NCBI GenBank assembly: GCA_963769025.1
Contig: CAVYKI010000006.1
Location: 1-64,000 of the forward strand
Direction: 5' to 3'
DNA from: an uncultured Verrucomicrobiae bacterium
Lineage (GTDB): Bacteria; Verrucomicrobiota; Verrucomicrobiia; Chthoniobacterales; Chthoniobacteraceae
DNA length: 64,000 nt
Made by a program: the position numbers and the translations under genes. Shown here piece by piece: positions 20,846 through 30,570 of the stretch; the first letter of the stretch is position 1; each line of letters begins with the position of its first letter. A model generated the notes under the pieces. That model made no database searches. It was not told where the DNA came from and saw nothing but the letters and a program-made list of their open reading frames with translations.

Positions 20846-21174
20846 CGCATACCGCTCTGCGGCTCCTCGGAGAGTATGCTCATGGCTTTTTTTAAGATCT
20901 CACGCTGGCGGCGCAGGTATTCGACCTCGCGTTGCAGGCGGCGGATCTCCCCCGCCGCATCGGCAACGGGCGCTGCGCTGCGGCCTTTCGCCTGCGGCGA
21001 AGCGGCCTCCGCTCCGCGCCCATTGCCGAGAGCCCGATCCCGCCAGGTGCGGAGCGAGTTGGCGGAGATCCCCATTTCGGCAGCGACGCGCTTGAGCGGC
21101 CGCCCGCTGCTGAGCAGCAGGTTGACGGCTTCCTGACGGAAGTCCTTTTCATAGATGCGATGTGTTCGTGGCAT
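20842..21174 (-). CDS. IS3 OrfA
   Basis: YEKDFRQEAV...HTH...EIRRLQREVEYLRRQREILKKA. Confidence 0.92.
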   Translation of the reverse strand: MPRTHRIYEKDFRQEAVNLLLSSGRPLKRVAAEMGISANSLRTWRDRALGNGRGAEAASPQAKGRSAAPVADAAGEIRRLQREVEYLRRQREILKKAMSILSEEPQSGMR

Positions 21175-21719
21175 GTTTGCAGTTCTTTCTGACGGTCCTG
21201 CGCCTTCCCTGTCCACGGAATCGGGGGAACTTTAGCTACTCATTCGATTGAGATGCACACCTTGCATCGGATGGGAACCCCAGCTCGCTTCCTTTATGGA
21301 AAGCCATTAGCAGAAGCCGGCCTAACCCCTATGAAAGGGGTCAAGATGGAAGTTGGGTGAAGTGAGTAAATGGTTTGCTTGGGTTTGGCCGGGCGGCGCA
21401 TTGCCGGGGGCGACCGGGTCTGGGTTGGGGGTTGGGTGAGCTTGGGAACGTCTGACCCGCTCGCTTCGCCCGTATCGCCCTTCGGGTCACGCTGCGCGGG
21501 ATCTTCCGCGTGGCTCCGCCGCCGGGGTTCCGCTTCGAGGGACGGGGCTGAGGGATTCGGCTTTCGTCGCGAGCGGGGTTGGCCGGTGCGCGGCGGGTGT
21601 CACCGAAGCTGGGAGAGATGGGAGGGGCGGTTTCCGGCCCGGGGTGGCGAGCAAGGGCGTTCTCAGGGTGAGCAAGCACGTTCAAGCGTGCCGGTGCGGG
21701 GCGTGCGAGTCTCCGGGCC

Positions 21720-24700
21720 ATGTGGATCGTCCGTCTAGCACTGCGAAGGCCGCTCACGTTTGTCGTGGCGGCGCTTTTGCTGTTGCTGATGACGCCCTAC
21801 GTGCTGATCCGCACGCCGGTGGATATTTTTCCCTCGATCAATATCCCGGTGATCTCGGTCATCTGGCAGTACGCGGGGCTGAACGCGCAGGAGATTGAGC
21901 AGCGCATCCTCTACAACCACGAGCGCTCGCTCTCGGCGACGGTGAACGACATCGAGCACATCGAGTCGAACAGCTACAACGGCGTGGGCATCATCAAGGT
22001 CTTCCTCCAGCCCGGCGCGAGCGTGGATGGGGGCGTGGCGCAGATCACCGCGGTGGCGCAGACGATCCTCCGGCTGATGCCGCCGGGGCAGACGCCGCCG
22101 CTGATCATCCGTTACAACGCCTCCACGGTGCCGATCCTCCAGTACAGCCTTTCGAGCAAAAAGCTGAGCGAGCAGGAGGTCGCCGACCTGGCGCTGAACC
22201 AGGTGCGCATCGGGCTCGTGAATGTCCCCGGCGCGCAGATCCCGTGGCCCTACGGCGGGCGGCTGCGGACCGTCGTCGTGGATCTCGATCTCACCGCGCT
22301 GAAGGCGAAGAATCTGCGCGCGCAGGACATCGTCGATGCGGTGAACGCGCAGAACCTGATCCTGCCCAGCGGCACGGCGAAGATCGGCGACACGGAATAC
22401 AGCATCGAGACCAACAGCAGCCCGCGCGTGCTCGAGGACCTGAACAACATCCCGGTGAAGATGGTGAACGGGGCGACGATCTACCTGCGCGACGTGGCGC
22501 AGGTGCGGGATGGGTTCAATCCGCAGACGAACATCGTGCGCATGGACGGCCAGCGCGGCGCGCTCATCACGATCATGAAGAGCGGCTTTGCCTCCACGCT
22601 CGATGTCGTGCGGCGCATCAAGGCGCAGATGCCGCAGGTGCTGAGGACGGTGACGCCGGATCTCGACGTGAAGGAATTTGCCGACCAGTCGCTGTTCGTG
22701 CGCGCGGCGATCAGCGACGTGGCGAAGGAGGGCGTGATTGCCGCGGCGCTGACGGCGATCATGATCCTGCTGTTCATCGGTTCGTGGCGCAGCACGATCA
22801 TCATCGCCCTTTCCATCCCGCTCAGCGTGATCGCGTCGCTCATCACGCTCAGCGCGCTGGGGGAGACGATCAACCTCATGACGCTCGGCGGGCTCGCGCT
22901 GGCCGTCGGCATCCTCGTGGATGACGCGACGGTGGAGATCGAAAACGTCCACCGGCAGATGGCGATGGGGAAGCCGCTCATCACCGCGATCCTCGACGGC
23001 GCGCAGGAGATCGCGCAGCCGGCGTTCGTGAGCACGCTGTGCATCTGCATCGTCTTTGTGCCGATGTTTTTCCTCACCGGCGTCGCGCGGTTCCTTTTCG
23101 TGCCGCTCGCGGAGGCCGTGGTGTTCGCGATGCTCGCGAGCTACGTGCTTTCGCGGACGCTCATCCCGACGCTGGTGATGTGGTTCTACCGCAACTCGCC
23201 CTACCACAGCCACGAGGCCGGGGACGAAACGGACGAAGCGCCGCCGAGCGGATGGAGCGCGCCGTTCGTCCACATTCAGCGCGTCTTCGAGCGGGGCTTC
23301 GCGGCTTTCCGGAATGGTTACCGCAGGCTGCTCGGCGCGGTCATGGAGCGCCGGGGGAAGTTCGCCGTCATCTTCCTCGCGGGCTGCGTGGCGTCGTTCG
23401 CGCTCGTGCCGCAGCTCGGGCAGGACTTTTTCCCGCAGGTGGATGGCGGGCAGTTCCGGCTGCACCTGCGCGCCCGCAGCGGCACGCGGCTCGAGGAGAC
23501 GACGCGGCTCGTCGAGCGGGTCGTGCATACCATCCGCGAAGTGGTGCCGGAGCACGAAATCGGCGGCATCCTCGACAACATCGGCATCCCGTTCTCCGGC
23601 ATCGCGCTGAGCTACAGCAACAGCGGCGTCATCGGCACCGGTGACGCGGACATCCTCGTCTCGCTCAACGCCGGACACCGGCCGACGGACGAATACGTGC
23701 GTGCATTGCGCGCGCGGCTGAACCGCGATTTCCCGAGCACGACATTCTACTTTTTGCCTGCGGACATCGTCAGCCAGACGCTCAATCTCGGCCTGCCCGC
23801 GCCATTCGACGTGCAAATCTACGGACGCGACCAGACCGCGAACCGGGCCATTGCAGCGCAGCTCGCCGAGAAGATCCGCCGCGTGAACGGCGCCGTGGAC
23901 GTTCGCGTGCAGCAGCCCGCCGACCAGCCGAGGCTGACGGTGAACGTGGACCGCGACAAATCCGCCGAGCTCGGCCTGAGCGAGCGCGACGTGGCGAGTT
24001 CGGTGCTGCTCAGCCTGAGCGGGAGCGGCCAGGTGCAGCCCACGTACTGGCTGAACACGAAGCTCGGCATCCAATACACGATCAACATCCGCGCGCCGGA
24101 GCACGCAATCGATTCCATCGGCGCGCTGGAGTCGATCCCGATCAGCGGCGGGCACGCGGGGGAAGGGGACGGGCAGATTCTCACGAATGTCGCGACCTTC
24201 GAGCGCGGGCAGGGGCCGCCGGTGGTCTCGCATTACGACGTGCTGCCGGTGATCGATATCTTCGGCGGCGTGAGCGGACGCGATCTCGGCGGGGTGGTGC
24301 GCGACATCCAGCCGCTCATCGAAGAGGCAAAGAAGGATCTGCCGCGGGGCAGCTTCATCGTCGTGCGCGGGCAGGCGGAGACGATGAAGAGCAGCTACAT
24401 CGGCCTCGGCATCGGCCTCGTGGTCGCGATCGTGCTCGTGTATCTGCTGCTCGTGGTGAATTTCCAGAGCTGGCTGGACCCGCTCATCATCATCAGCGCG
24501 CTGCCCGGGGCGCTCGCGGGCGTGGTGTGGGCGCTGTGGGTCACGCACACGACGCTCAGCGTGCCGGCCCTCATGGGCGCGATCATGAGCCTCGGCGTGG
24601 CGACTGCGAATTCCGTGCTCGTGGTGAGCTTTGCCCGGACGAATCTGCGCGAAGGTGTGCCGGCCGTGGACGCCGCGCTCAACGCGGGATCCACCCGGCT

Positions 24701-24947
24701 CCGCGCCGTGCTGATGACGGCGCTGGCGATGATGATCGGCATGCTGCCCATGAGCCTCGCCCTTGGTGAAGGCGCGGAGCAAAACGCCCCGGTCGGCCGC
24801 GCGGTGATCGGCGGCCTTCTGCTAGCGACGATCGCGACGCTGCTTTTCGTGCCGGTGGTCTTCGCCATTTTCCACCGCAATACCAAACACACTCCTCCGG
24901 CGCCGGAAACCGATTCCACCCGCGAGCCGGAACTCGCCCTTCACTGA
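21720..24947 (+). CDS. RND efflux permease (AcrB/AcrD/AcrF family)
   Basis: 1075 aa, ALRRPLT start, LAVGILVDDATVEIEN, RLRAVLMT. Confidence 0.95.
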   Translation: MWIVRLALRRPLTFVVAALLLLLMTPYVLIRTPVDIFPSINIPVISVIWQYAGLNAQEIEQRILYNHERSLSATVNDIEHIESNSYNGVGIIKVFLQPGASVDGGVAQITAVAQTILRLMPPGQTPPLIIRYNASTVPILQYSLSSKKLSEQEVADLALNQVRIGLVNVPGAQIPWPYGGRLRTVVVDLDLTALKAKNLRAQDIVDAVNAQNLILPSGTAKIGDTEYSIETNSSPRVLEDLNNIPVKMVNGATIYLRDVAQVRDGFNPQTNIVRMDGQRGALITIMKSGFASTLDVVRRIKAQMPQVLRTVTPDLDVKEFADQSLFVRAAISDVAKEGVIAAALTAIMILLFIGSWRSTIIIALSIPLSVIASLITLSALGETINLMTLGGLALAVGILVDDATVEIENVHRQMAMGKPLITAILDGAQEIAQPAFVSTLCICIVFVPMFFLTGVARFLFVPLAEAVVFAMLASYVLSRTLIPTLVMWFYRNSPYHSHEAGDETDEAPPSGWSAPFVHIQRVFERGFAAFRNGYRRLLGAVMERRGKFAVIFLAGCVASFALVPQLGQDFFPQVDGGQFRLHLRARSGTRLEETTRLVERVVHTIREVVPEHEIGGILDNIGIPFSGIALSYSNSGVIGTGDADILVSLNAGHRPTDEYVRALRARLNRDFPSTTFYFLPADIVSQTLNLGLPAPFDVQIYGRDQTANRAIAAQLAEKIRRVNGAVDVRVQQPADQPRLTVNVDRDKSAELGLSERDVASSVLLSLSGSGQVQPTYWLNTKLGIQYTINIRAPEHAIDSIGALESIPISGGHAGEGDGQILTNVATFERGQGPPVVSHYDVLPVIDIFGGVSGRDLGGVVRDIQPLIEEAKKDLPRGSFIVVRGQAETMKSSYIGLGIGLVVAIVLVYLLLVVNFQSWLDPLIIISALPGALAGVVWALWVTHTTLSVPALMGAIMSLGVATANSVLVVSFARTNLREGVPAVDAALNAGSTRLRAVLMTALAMMIGMLPMSLALGEGAEQNAPVGRAVIGGLLLATIATLLFVPVVFAIFHRNTKHTPPAPETDSTREPELALH

Positions 24948-24953
24948 CCCATC

Positions 24954-26240
24954 ATGAATGCCCGAACCGAATCACTCGACGGCCCGACCGGTGCGCGACT
25001 AGCCTCGGGCGTGCCCGAACCATCGGAACCCGCCGGAGCTTCTTCGCATCCGCACGCCGCCACGCCCGGGCCGAAGCCCTCCGGGCCGCGACTTGGCCGT
25101 CTGCTTGTCATCATGCTGATCGTTGCTGGGGTCGCGTTTGCCGTGGGGCTCATCCCGCGCCTGAAGGAACGCGCGACCGCGAAGAAGGAGACGCGCGAGC
25201 TGGCGTTGCGGACGGTGGATATCACGTTCCCGGCACCCGCGAAGGCTGCGCCGCCGCTGCAGTTTTCCGGTGAGGTGAAGCCGCTCGCCGAGGCGGCCAT
25301 CCATGCCCGTGCGAGCGGTTACGTGCGGCGCTGGCTCGTGGACATCGGCGCGCACGTCGAGCAGGGCCAGCTCCTCGCCGAAATCGACACGCCGGAGATC
25401 GACCGCGATCTCGCGCAGGGGCGCGCCGAACTCGCGCAGGCCGAGGCCGCCCGTGCGCTCGCGGAGACGACCGCGAAGCGCTGGAGCGAAATGCGCACCG
25501 CAAAGACCGTGAGCCCGCAGGAGGCCGACGAAAAGATTGCCGATCTCGCGCTCAAGAAAGCGATTTTCGACGGTGCGAGCGCCAAGGTGCAGCGGCTCGA
25601 GGAGATGGTTCACTTCAACAAGATCACCGCGCCCTTTGCCGGGACGATCACCGTGCGCACGCTCGACGTGGGCCAGCTCGTGGGCAACGCCGCGGGCCGC
25701 GAGCTTTTCCACATCGTGCAGGCGGACAGGCTGCGGGTGTTTGTCCGCGTTCCGCAAAATTACGCGCGCGCCGTGACCGTCGGACAGACGGCGGAACTCG
25801 TGTTCACGGAGCTCCCGGGGCGCACGTTCGACGCGAAGGTGGTGCGCACCGCGGGGACGATCGATGCGTCTTCGCGCACGCTGCTCACCGAACTGGAGGT
25901 GGACAATTCGAAGGGCGAGCTGCTCGCCGGGAGCTACGTGCAGGTGCGCTTCAAGGACGCAAGGCTCGACGCCGTGCTGTCGATTCCCGCCAACGCGCTG
26001 CTTTTCCGAAACGAAGGCACGATGGTGGGCGTGGTCGGCGACGACAACCGGGTCGCCATGAAAAAGGTCGTCATCGGCCGGGACTTCGGGCCGACGGTCG
26101 AGATCGTGGAAGGCGTCACCGCGAAGGATCGCGTGATCCTGAATCCGCCCGATTCGCTGGTGGACGGAGCGGAGGTGCGCACGGTGAAGCAGTCCGAAGT
26201 TGAAAATAAGTCCGCTTCGTCGCCCGGGTTGCCGCATTAA
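24954..26240 (+). CDS. RND periplasmic adaptor (membrane fusion protein)
   Basis: ARASGYV...DIGAHVEQGQLLAEID, ITAPFAGTIT. Confidence 0.93.
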   Translation: MNARTESLDGPTGARLASGVPEPSEPAGASSHPHAATPGPKPSGPRLGRLLVIMLIVAGVAFAVGLIPRLKERATAKKETRELALRTVDITFPAPAKAAPPLQFSGEVKPLAEAAIHARASGYVRRWLVDIGAHVEQGQLLAEIDTPEIDRDLAQGRAELAQAEAARALAETTAKRWSEMRTAKTVSPQEADEKIADLALKKAIFDGASAKVQRLEEMVHFNKITAPFAGTITVRTLDVGQLVGNAAGRELFHIVQADRLRVFVRVPQNYARAVTVGQTAELVFTELPGRTFDAKVVRTAGTIDASSRTLLTELEVDNSKGELLAGSYVQVRFKDARLDAVLSIPANALLFRNEGTMVGVVGDDNRVAMKKVVIGRDFGPTVEIVEGVTAKDRVILNPPDSLVDGAEVRTVKQSEVENKSASSPGLPH

Positions 26241-26250
26241 AGCGCATCGT

Positions 26251-26607
26251 TCAGGTGCCGGCGGCGTGGGAGCCGAGGCAGTTGCTCGCGGTGATCCATT
26301 CCGCCACGGGCACGCCGCCGATGAGGTGCTCCTGCAGGATTCGCTCGAAGCGCTCCACGGTCACCGTGCCGTACCACACGCCTTCGGGATAGACGACGAG
26401 CCACGGTCCGCCGGTGCAGATGCGGAAGCATTGGGCCTTCGTCCGCATCGCGCGGAGATCGGTCTCCTTCACGCGTTGCTTGATGTATTCCCAGACGACC
26501 TGCGCGTCGGCGGGCTCGCAGCAGTCGGGGCCCATGCAGAGAAAAACGTGCCGCTCGGCGCCGGCGATGGCGGCTTTCTTGAGTCCTGCGCTGAGGGGAT
26601 CGGCCAT
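26251..26607 (-). CDS. Thioredoxin-like [2Fe-2S] ferredoxin
   Basis: HVFLC...CC...[20 protein letters not shown]. Confidence 0.9.
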   Translation of the reverse strand: MADPLSAGLKKAAIAGAERHVFLCMGPDCCEPADAQVVWEYIKQRVKETDLRAMRTKAQCFRICTGGPWLVVYPEGVWYGTVTVERFERILQEHLIGGVPVAEWITASNCLGSHAAGT

Positions 26608-26690
26608 TGGCGAAACGCTACGGCATTCCGCGGGAGACGGAAAGTATTCGTAACGATTTCCTTTCTGCGGGCGTCTGGGAGCGCAATCCC

Positions 26691-27305
26691 ATGATCACCA
26701 AACTGCTTCCCGCCCTCCTCCTTTTCACGAGTATCGCCGCTGCGCAAAACATCGAGCAAGTGTCCGCCGAGCAGGCGGGCAAGATCGCCCGGAAAGTCAC
26801 GGCCGCTCTCGGCTCGCCCTCGGATGCCCCATTTTCCGTGGATGCGGATGTGGAAAAGTCCGGCGGGATCAAGGGAGCCGGCGAGATGGGAATGCTCGCG
26901 GTGCCGGACAGGAAACTGACGCCCGAGGTGCTCGCCGCCGCCGGGAAGGAAATCACGGCGCTCGGCCACCTGTGGATGCGCAGTGTCGTGCCCGTCGTGA
27001 GCAATGTCGCGGCGGACCCGGCGGCGCTGCGCACGGTCGGCGTGACCGACAAGGACACGGAGGCGAAGGTGGAGGTGTATTACCTCGGTGTCGCGAAGAA
27101 CGATGCAGGCGGGCTCGAGCTTGGCCTCTATACGAAAACCAAGGAGCCGATTTTGAAAGTGCCGTTTGTGAAAACGGATGCGGCCCCTTCTTCGACGCCG
27201 ATCGCGCTCGATGGACACAAGGAGGGAGAGAATACGGGCGTGCTCGTCGTCACCGTCTTCGGCAGTTACAAGGCGGACGTCATCGTGACCAAGCCACGGC
27301 AGTAG
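26691..27305 (+). CDS. Secreted hypothetical protein
   Basis: Signal peptide [18 protein letters not shown]. Confidence 0.75.
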   Translation: MITKLLPALLLFTSIAAAQNIEQVSAEQAGKIARKVTAALGSPSDAPFSVDADVEKSGGIKGAGEMGMLAVPDRKLTPEVLAAAGKEITALGHLWMRSVVPVVSNVAADPAALRTVGVTDKDTEAKVEVYYLGVAKNDAGGLELGLYTKTKEPILKVPFVKTDAAPSSTPIALDGHKEGENTGVLVVTVFGSYKADVIVTKPRQ

Positions 27306-27347
27306 CCGGGCGGGAGTTCTGGCGGTGCGTTGCCCCGGGAATTCGGG

Positions 27348-29540
27348 CTACGGCTGCTTTGCCGGGACGACGAGCTTCTGTCCCTCATACTCGAGGGTGA
27401 CCGCCGGTGTGCCGGCTGCCGGCGATTTCGACGCCGGGGTCGCGGGCGAGGGGATTTGCAGAAAGGTGGGCGCTCGCTGCAGCACGCGGTCGAGCATTGC
27501 CTCCTCCTCCGGGAGCAGGGGCCAGTGCTCGCCAAGCTGGAGATACTCCTGTGCCTTGGACTGACGCTGGGCCGCTGCGAGGAAGAGGCCATAGTAGATG
27601 GCGAGCGAGGGTTCGCGAAGTTTGGCGGCGGGGAGTTTCTCCATCATGTCGGAGGCGGCGCGCGGGCGTCCGAGCTGAAAGAGCGAAAGGGCGTAGGTGG
27701 ATATCACCGACGGGTTCATTGGGTTTTCCTTGTAGAGAATTTCCGCGGCCTGGTAGGGCGACCCTTCGTCGTTTCGCTTCAGCAGGGAGAGGAAAATGAA
27801 GTTGTTGCGGGCAGAGACGCTCTTCGGATTGGCGTTGAGCATGAGCCGGGCGATTTGCCGCAGCCTGTCCGTGTCGCCGCGCTTGAGCGATCGGCTCCAG
27901 AGCGACTGAAGCACCCACGAGGGACTTTGGACGCTGGTGTTTGCGATGCTCCAGAGTGCTTCCTCGGCCCGCTGGTCCCAGCCCCATGAGGTGGCGGCCC
28001 TTGCGAGCGTCTCCATGCGGTCGAGACGGCCTTCCGCCGCCGTCATCGCGCTTCTCCAGATGCTGCCGGTTCCGGAGCGGTCGCCGGATTGATCCATCGC
28101 CCACGCGAGGGTGGCTAGCCGGACATACTCCATGTGCTGCCAATTCGATCCGTCGAGCACCCTTTGGAGTTCGGGCCAGTTCTTTGCGACCGCATAGGCA
28201 TCGGCCACAGCGATGGACACCGGAGGGCGGGAGACGATGTCCGCACGGATTTTTGGCAGCAGCGCCGGAACGTCCTTCGCGTAACCGTTGCGATTCATCC
28301 AAATGATCAATTCGTAGGCGTAGTCGGGCCGTTCCGTGACTTCCGCTTCCAGTCGGGCACGCCAGATTGCGAAATCAGGATCCTGCAGGGTTCGCAGTGT
28401 CGAAAGGCGGAGGAGCTTGTCTGCGAAGGGGGCTTTCGGGGCGTCCGCGAGAGCGACCGCGAGTTCCCTGGCGCGGACAAATTCGCCGTGGCGGATTGCG
28501 TCCGACAGGAGAGCCCGCATCGCCGGAACCTTTTCGGTGGACGTGAGGCGGAGCTGATTCAGGAGCTCGAGTGCATTGGTCCGTTCGAGGGCCGAGCCGA
28601 GCCTCAGGCGCGCCGCGGCCATGTTGAGTTTGAATGCGTCGTCCGCCGGGTTGAGTTTTGCGGCTTCCGACCAGTGAAACTCGGCCTTCACCGCATCGCG
28701 TTTGTTCAACGCCACCACGGCCGAGAGGTGGTGAAACTGGGCGGTGTCGTGATCGGCATAGGGGATGCCGCGCAGGATGCGACCTGCGGTCGAATAATCG
28801 CCGTTGCGGATGGCTGCGGCCGCCCAGCCGAGCGAATTTTCCAAGTCGTTCGGCGCAAGCTGGCCGAGCTTTGCACGCCACTCGAATGCCTGTGGGGAAT
28901 TCAGCGCTTCATGCGACTTCGCCATGATCCGCAGGGCCTCGGCATTCTGCCAATTGAACACGAGGGCGTTTTTCGCATCGAGGATTGCGTGCTTGTAGTC
29001 CCCTTTTTCAAAGTACGCCGACGCTCGTCCAAAGTGCTTCTTCTCCCGCCACTGGTGGTAGTAGGTCTTCGCCGGACTGGCGCCAAACCACGCGCCAAAT
29101 GCCACCGCGGCGACGAGAAATGTCGCAACCCAGATCCGCGTTTTCGGGATCCGCCGCCGCCTCGTCTTTTCCTTGTGCCATCCCCGGAATGACTTCTCCG
29201 CGATATGGTCCACCAGGTTCACCCGGCGCCCGTGACATTCCTCGCAGCAATTATCCAGCGGGAGGAGCCCTCGGACGTTGGGCAGGTATTCCTTGCCGCA
29301 ATCCGAACACGTCTGGCACCCGCCGGCTTCCTTCCGTGGTGCGGGGACGATGTCCTTGGGGACGAGGTGAAATTGGTCCGCAAGGCGCTCGATGAGGCGT
29401 GCGCGCCGGGCACGGCAGCTATCGCAACATTCGACCTCCCCGGTCGCGTCCGACCCGAGCTGGTAACGGGCCCCGCAGTCCACACAAATGCGCCGGCCAG
29501 GCTTCACGGCTCGGGCTGCAAAATGGAAGGGGTTGGACAT
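27348..29540 (-). CDS. TPR-like protein with N-terminal double zinc ribbon and TM helix
   Basis: CVDC..CDSC and CSDC..CEEC, TM IWVATFLVAAVAFGAWF, TPR-like repeats, ARNNFIFLSLL. Confidence 0.85.
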   Translation of the reverse strand: MSNPFHFAARAVKPGRRICVDCGARYQLGSDATGEVECCDSCRARRARLIERLADQFHLVPKDIVPAPRKEAGGCQTCSDCGKEYLPNVRGLLPLDNCCEECHGRRVNLVDHIAEKSFRGWHKEKTRRRRIPKTRIWVATFLVAAVAFGAWFGASPAKTYYHQWREKKHFGRASAYFEKGDYKHAILDAKNALVFNWQNAEALRIMAKSHEALNSPQAFEWRAKLGQLAPNDLENSLGWAAAAIRNGDYSTAGRILRGIPYADHDTAQFHHLSAVVALNKRDAVKAEFHWSEAAKLNPADDAFKLNMAAARLRLGSALERTNALELLNQLRLTSTEKVPAMRALLSDAIRHGEFVRARELAVALADAPKAPFADKLLRLSTLRTLQDPDFAIWRARLEAEVTERPDYAYELIIWMNRNGYAKDVPALLPKIRADIVSRPPVSIAVADAYAVAKNWPELQRVLDGSNWQHMEYVRLATLAWAMDQSGDRSGTGSIWRSAMTAAEGRLDRMETLARAATSWGWDQRAEEALWSIANTSVQSPSWVLQSLWSRSLKRGDTDRLRQIARLMLNANPKSVSARNNFIFLSLLKRNDEGSPYQAAEILYKENPMNPSVISTYALSLFQLGRPRAASDMMEKLPAAKLREPSLAIYYGLFLAAAQRQSKAQEYLQLGEHWPLLPEEEAMLDRVLQRAPTFLQIPSPATPASKSPAAGTPAVTLEYEGQKLVVPAKQP

Positions 29541-29636
29541 GGGGAATTTCAATTAGAGCAGCTTCCCGCTCGGAAGCAAATCTGCTCACTAAAACGCGCC
29601 CACCCGGTTGTGCGAGGCGACCGATGTGCGCCGCTT

Positions 29637-30407
29637 TTAGGTCGTCACGAGGGCGACGGTCCGGCGGCGCAATCTCATCGTGGTGCCGAGCGCCAGCAGA
29701 CCGAGTCCCATGGCAACTCCGAAGGAGGAAACCTCGGGGACTACGACCACGACATCGTCGATCAGGTTGCCAGCAGGGTCGTTTCCACCGATGAACGAGA
29801 GGCGGGTGTCGTTCTCCTGCGCGACTGCGTAGAACTCGTAATAAGTCCAGTTGGTCGGGACCGGGATCGCTCCGGGGATGGGTGGAGTTCCTCCGGTGAG
29901 GGAGACGCCTCCGGAAATCGGCTGCCCGGCCGTGTAAGTGCCGCCCCAGCGGACGTCCATATAATTGTCGAGGTTGTCCGGCGCCTTCTGGTTGGCGAGA
30001 TAAAAACTGATCTTGTAAGTGGTCCCGGCAACGGTGCCGAGCACAGCCTGCGAAATGTAGCCGAGGCCTTCACTGGAAATGCGATTTGGGAAAACAGCGG
30101 CAAGACTTCCAGTGTTCGGACCGCCGGTGTTGATGTCGAAGTATGCCGCGTCATTCGTTGCGAGAGCATTCAGATTTGCATCGTTATCCGGACCCCGATC
30201 CCATCCGGCAAGGCTGCCCGTAAGCAGGGCGGCGGAACCGCCTCCGGCCGCAACGCCGCCGCCGTCAGAAAGCTGAAAAAGGCCATCCTCAAAGCCGCCG
30301 TTAGTGACGAGATTCGCACTGGCGGAAGACAAAAGCAGCACGCTGGAGCAGACGATGGTGGCTACGAAGCCGAGCGTGGGCGAAGGGTGTCTTGAAGGGG
30401 GGCGCAT
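29637..30407 (-). CDS. PEP-CTERM-like (VPEVSS) sorted protein with a carbohydrate-binding-like domain
   Basis: Signal peptide, NLVTNGGFE, IDDVVVVVPEVSSFGVAMGLGLLALGTTMRLRRR. Confidence 0.85.
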   Translation of the reverse strand: MRPPSRHPSPTLGFVATIVCSSVLLLSSASANLVTNGGFEDGLFQLSDGGGVAAGGGSAALLTGSLAGWDRGPDNDANLNALATNDAAYFDINTGGPNTGSLAAVFPNRISSEGLGYISQAVLGTVAGTTYKISFYLANQKAPDNLDNYMDVRWGGTYTAGQPISGGVSLTGGTPPIPGAIPVPTNWTYYEFYAVAQENDTRLSFIGGNDPAGNLIDDVVVVVPEVSSFGVAMGLGLLALGTTMRLRRRTVALVTT

Positions 30408-30570
30408 AAAGTTATCGACATCTTAAGCACGAGGGTTCGGACACTGGCAAGGATAATTTTAGTAATTGTGCATAATCCTGATGGTGTGTGTAAACCCGTG
30501 CGGCACAGGGGAAGACTCGGCCCGGTGCGCGATGTGGACCAATCCGTACGCGACTACCGCTGTCATTCAT

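Larger units (their letters stand above)
19918..21234 (-). mobile_element. IS3-family insertion sequence
   Basis: Imperfect terminal IRs TGGTCTTCCCCCGAAAAAGTGGAC / TAAAGTTCCCCCGATTCCGTGGAC; orfA/orfB; A-rich slippery site near 20890; no clear target-site duplication. Confidence 0.92.
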
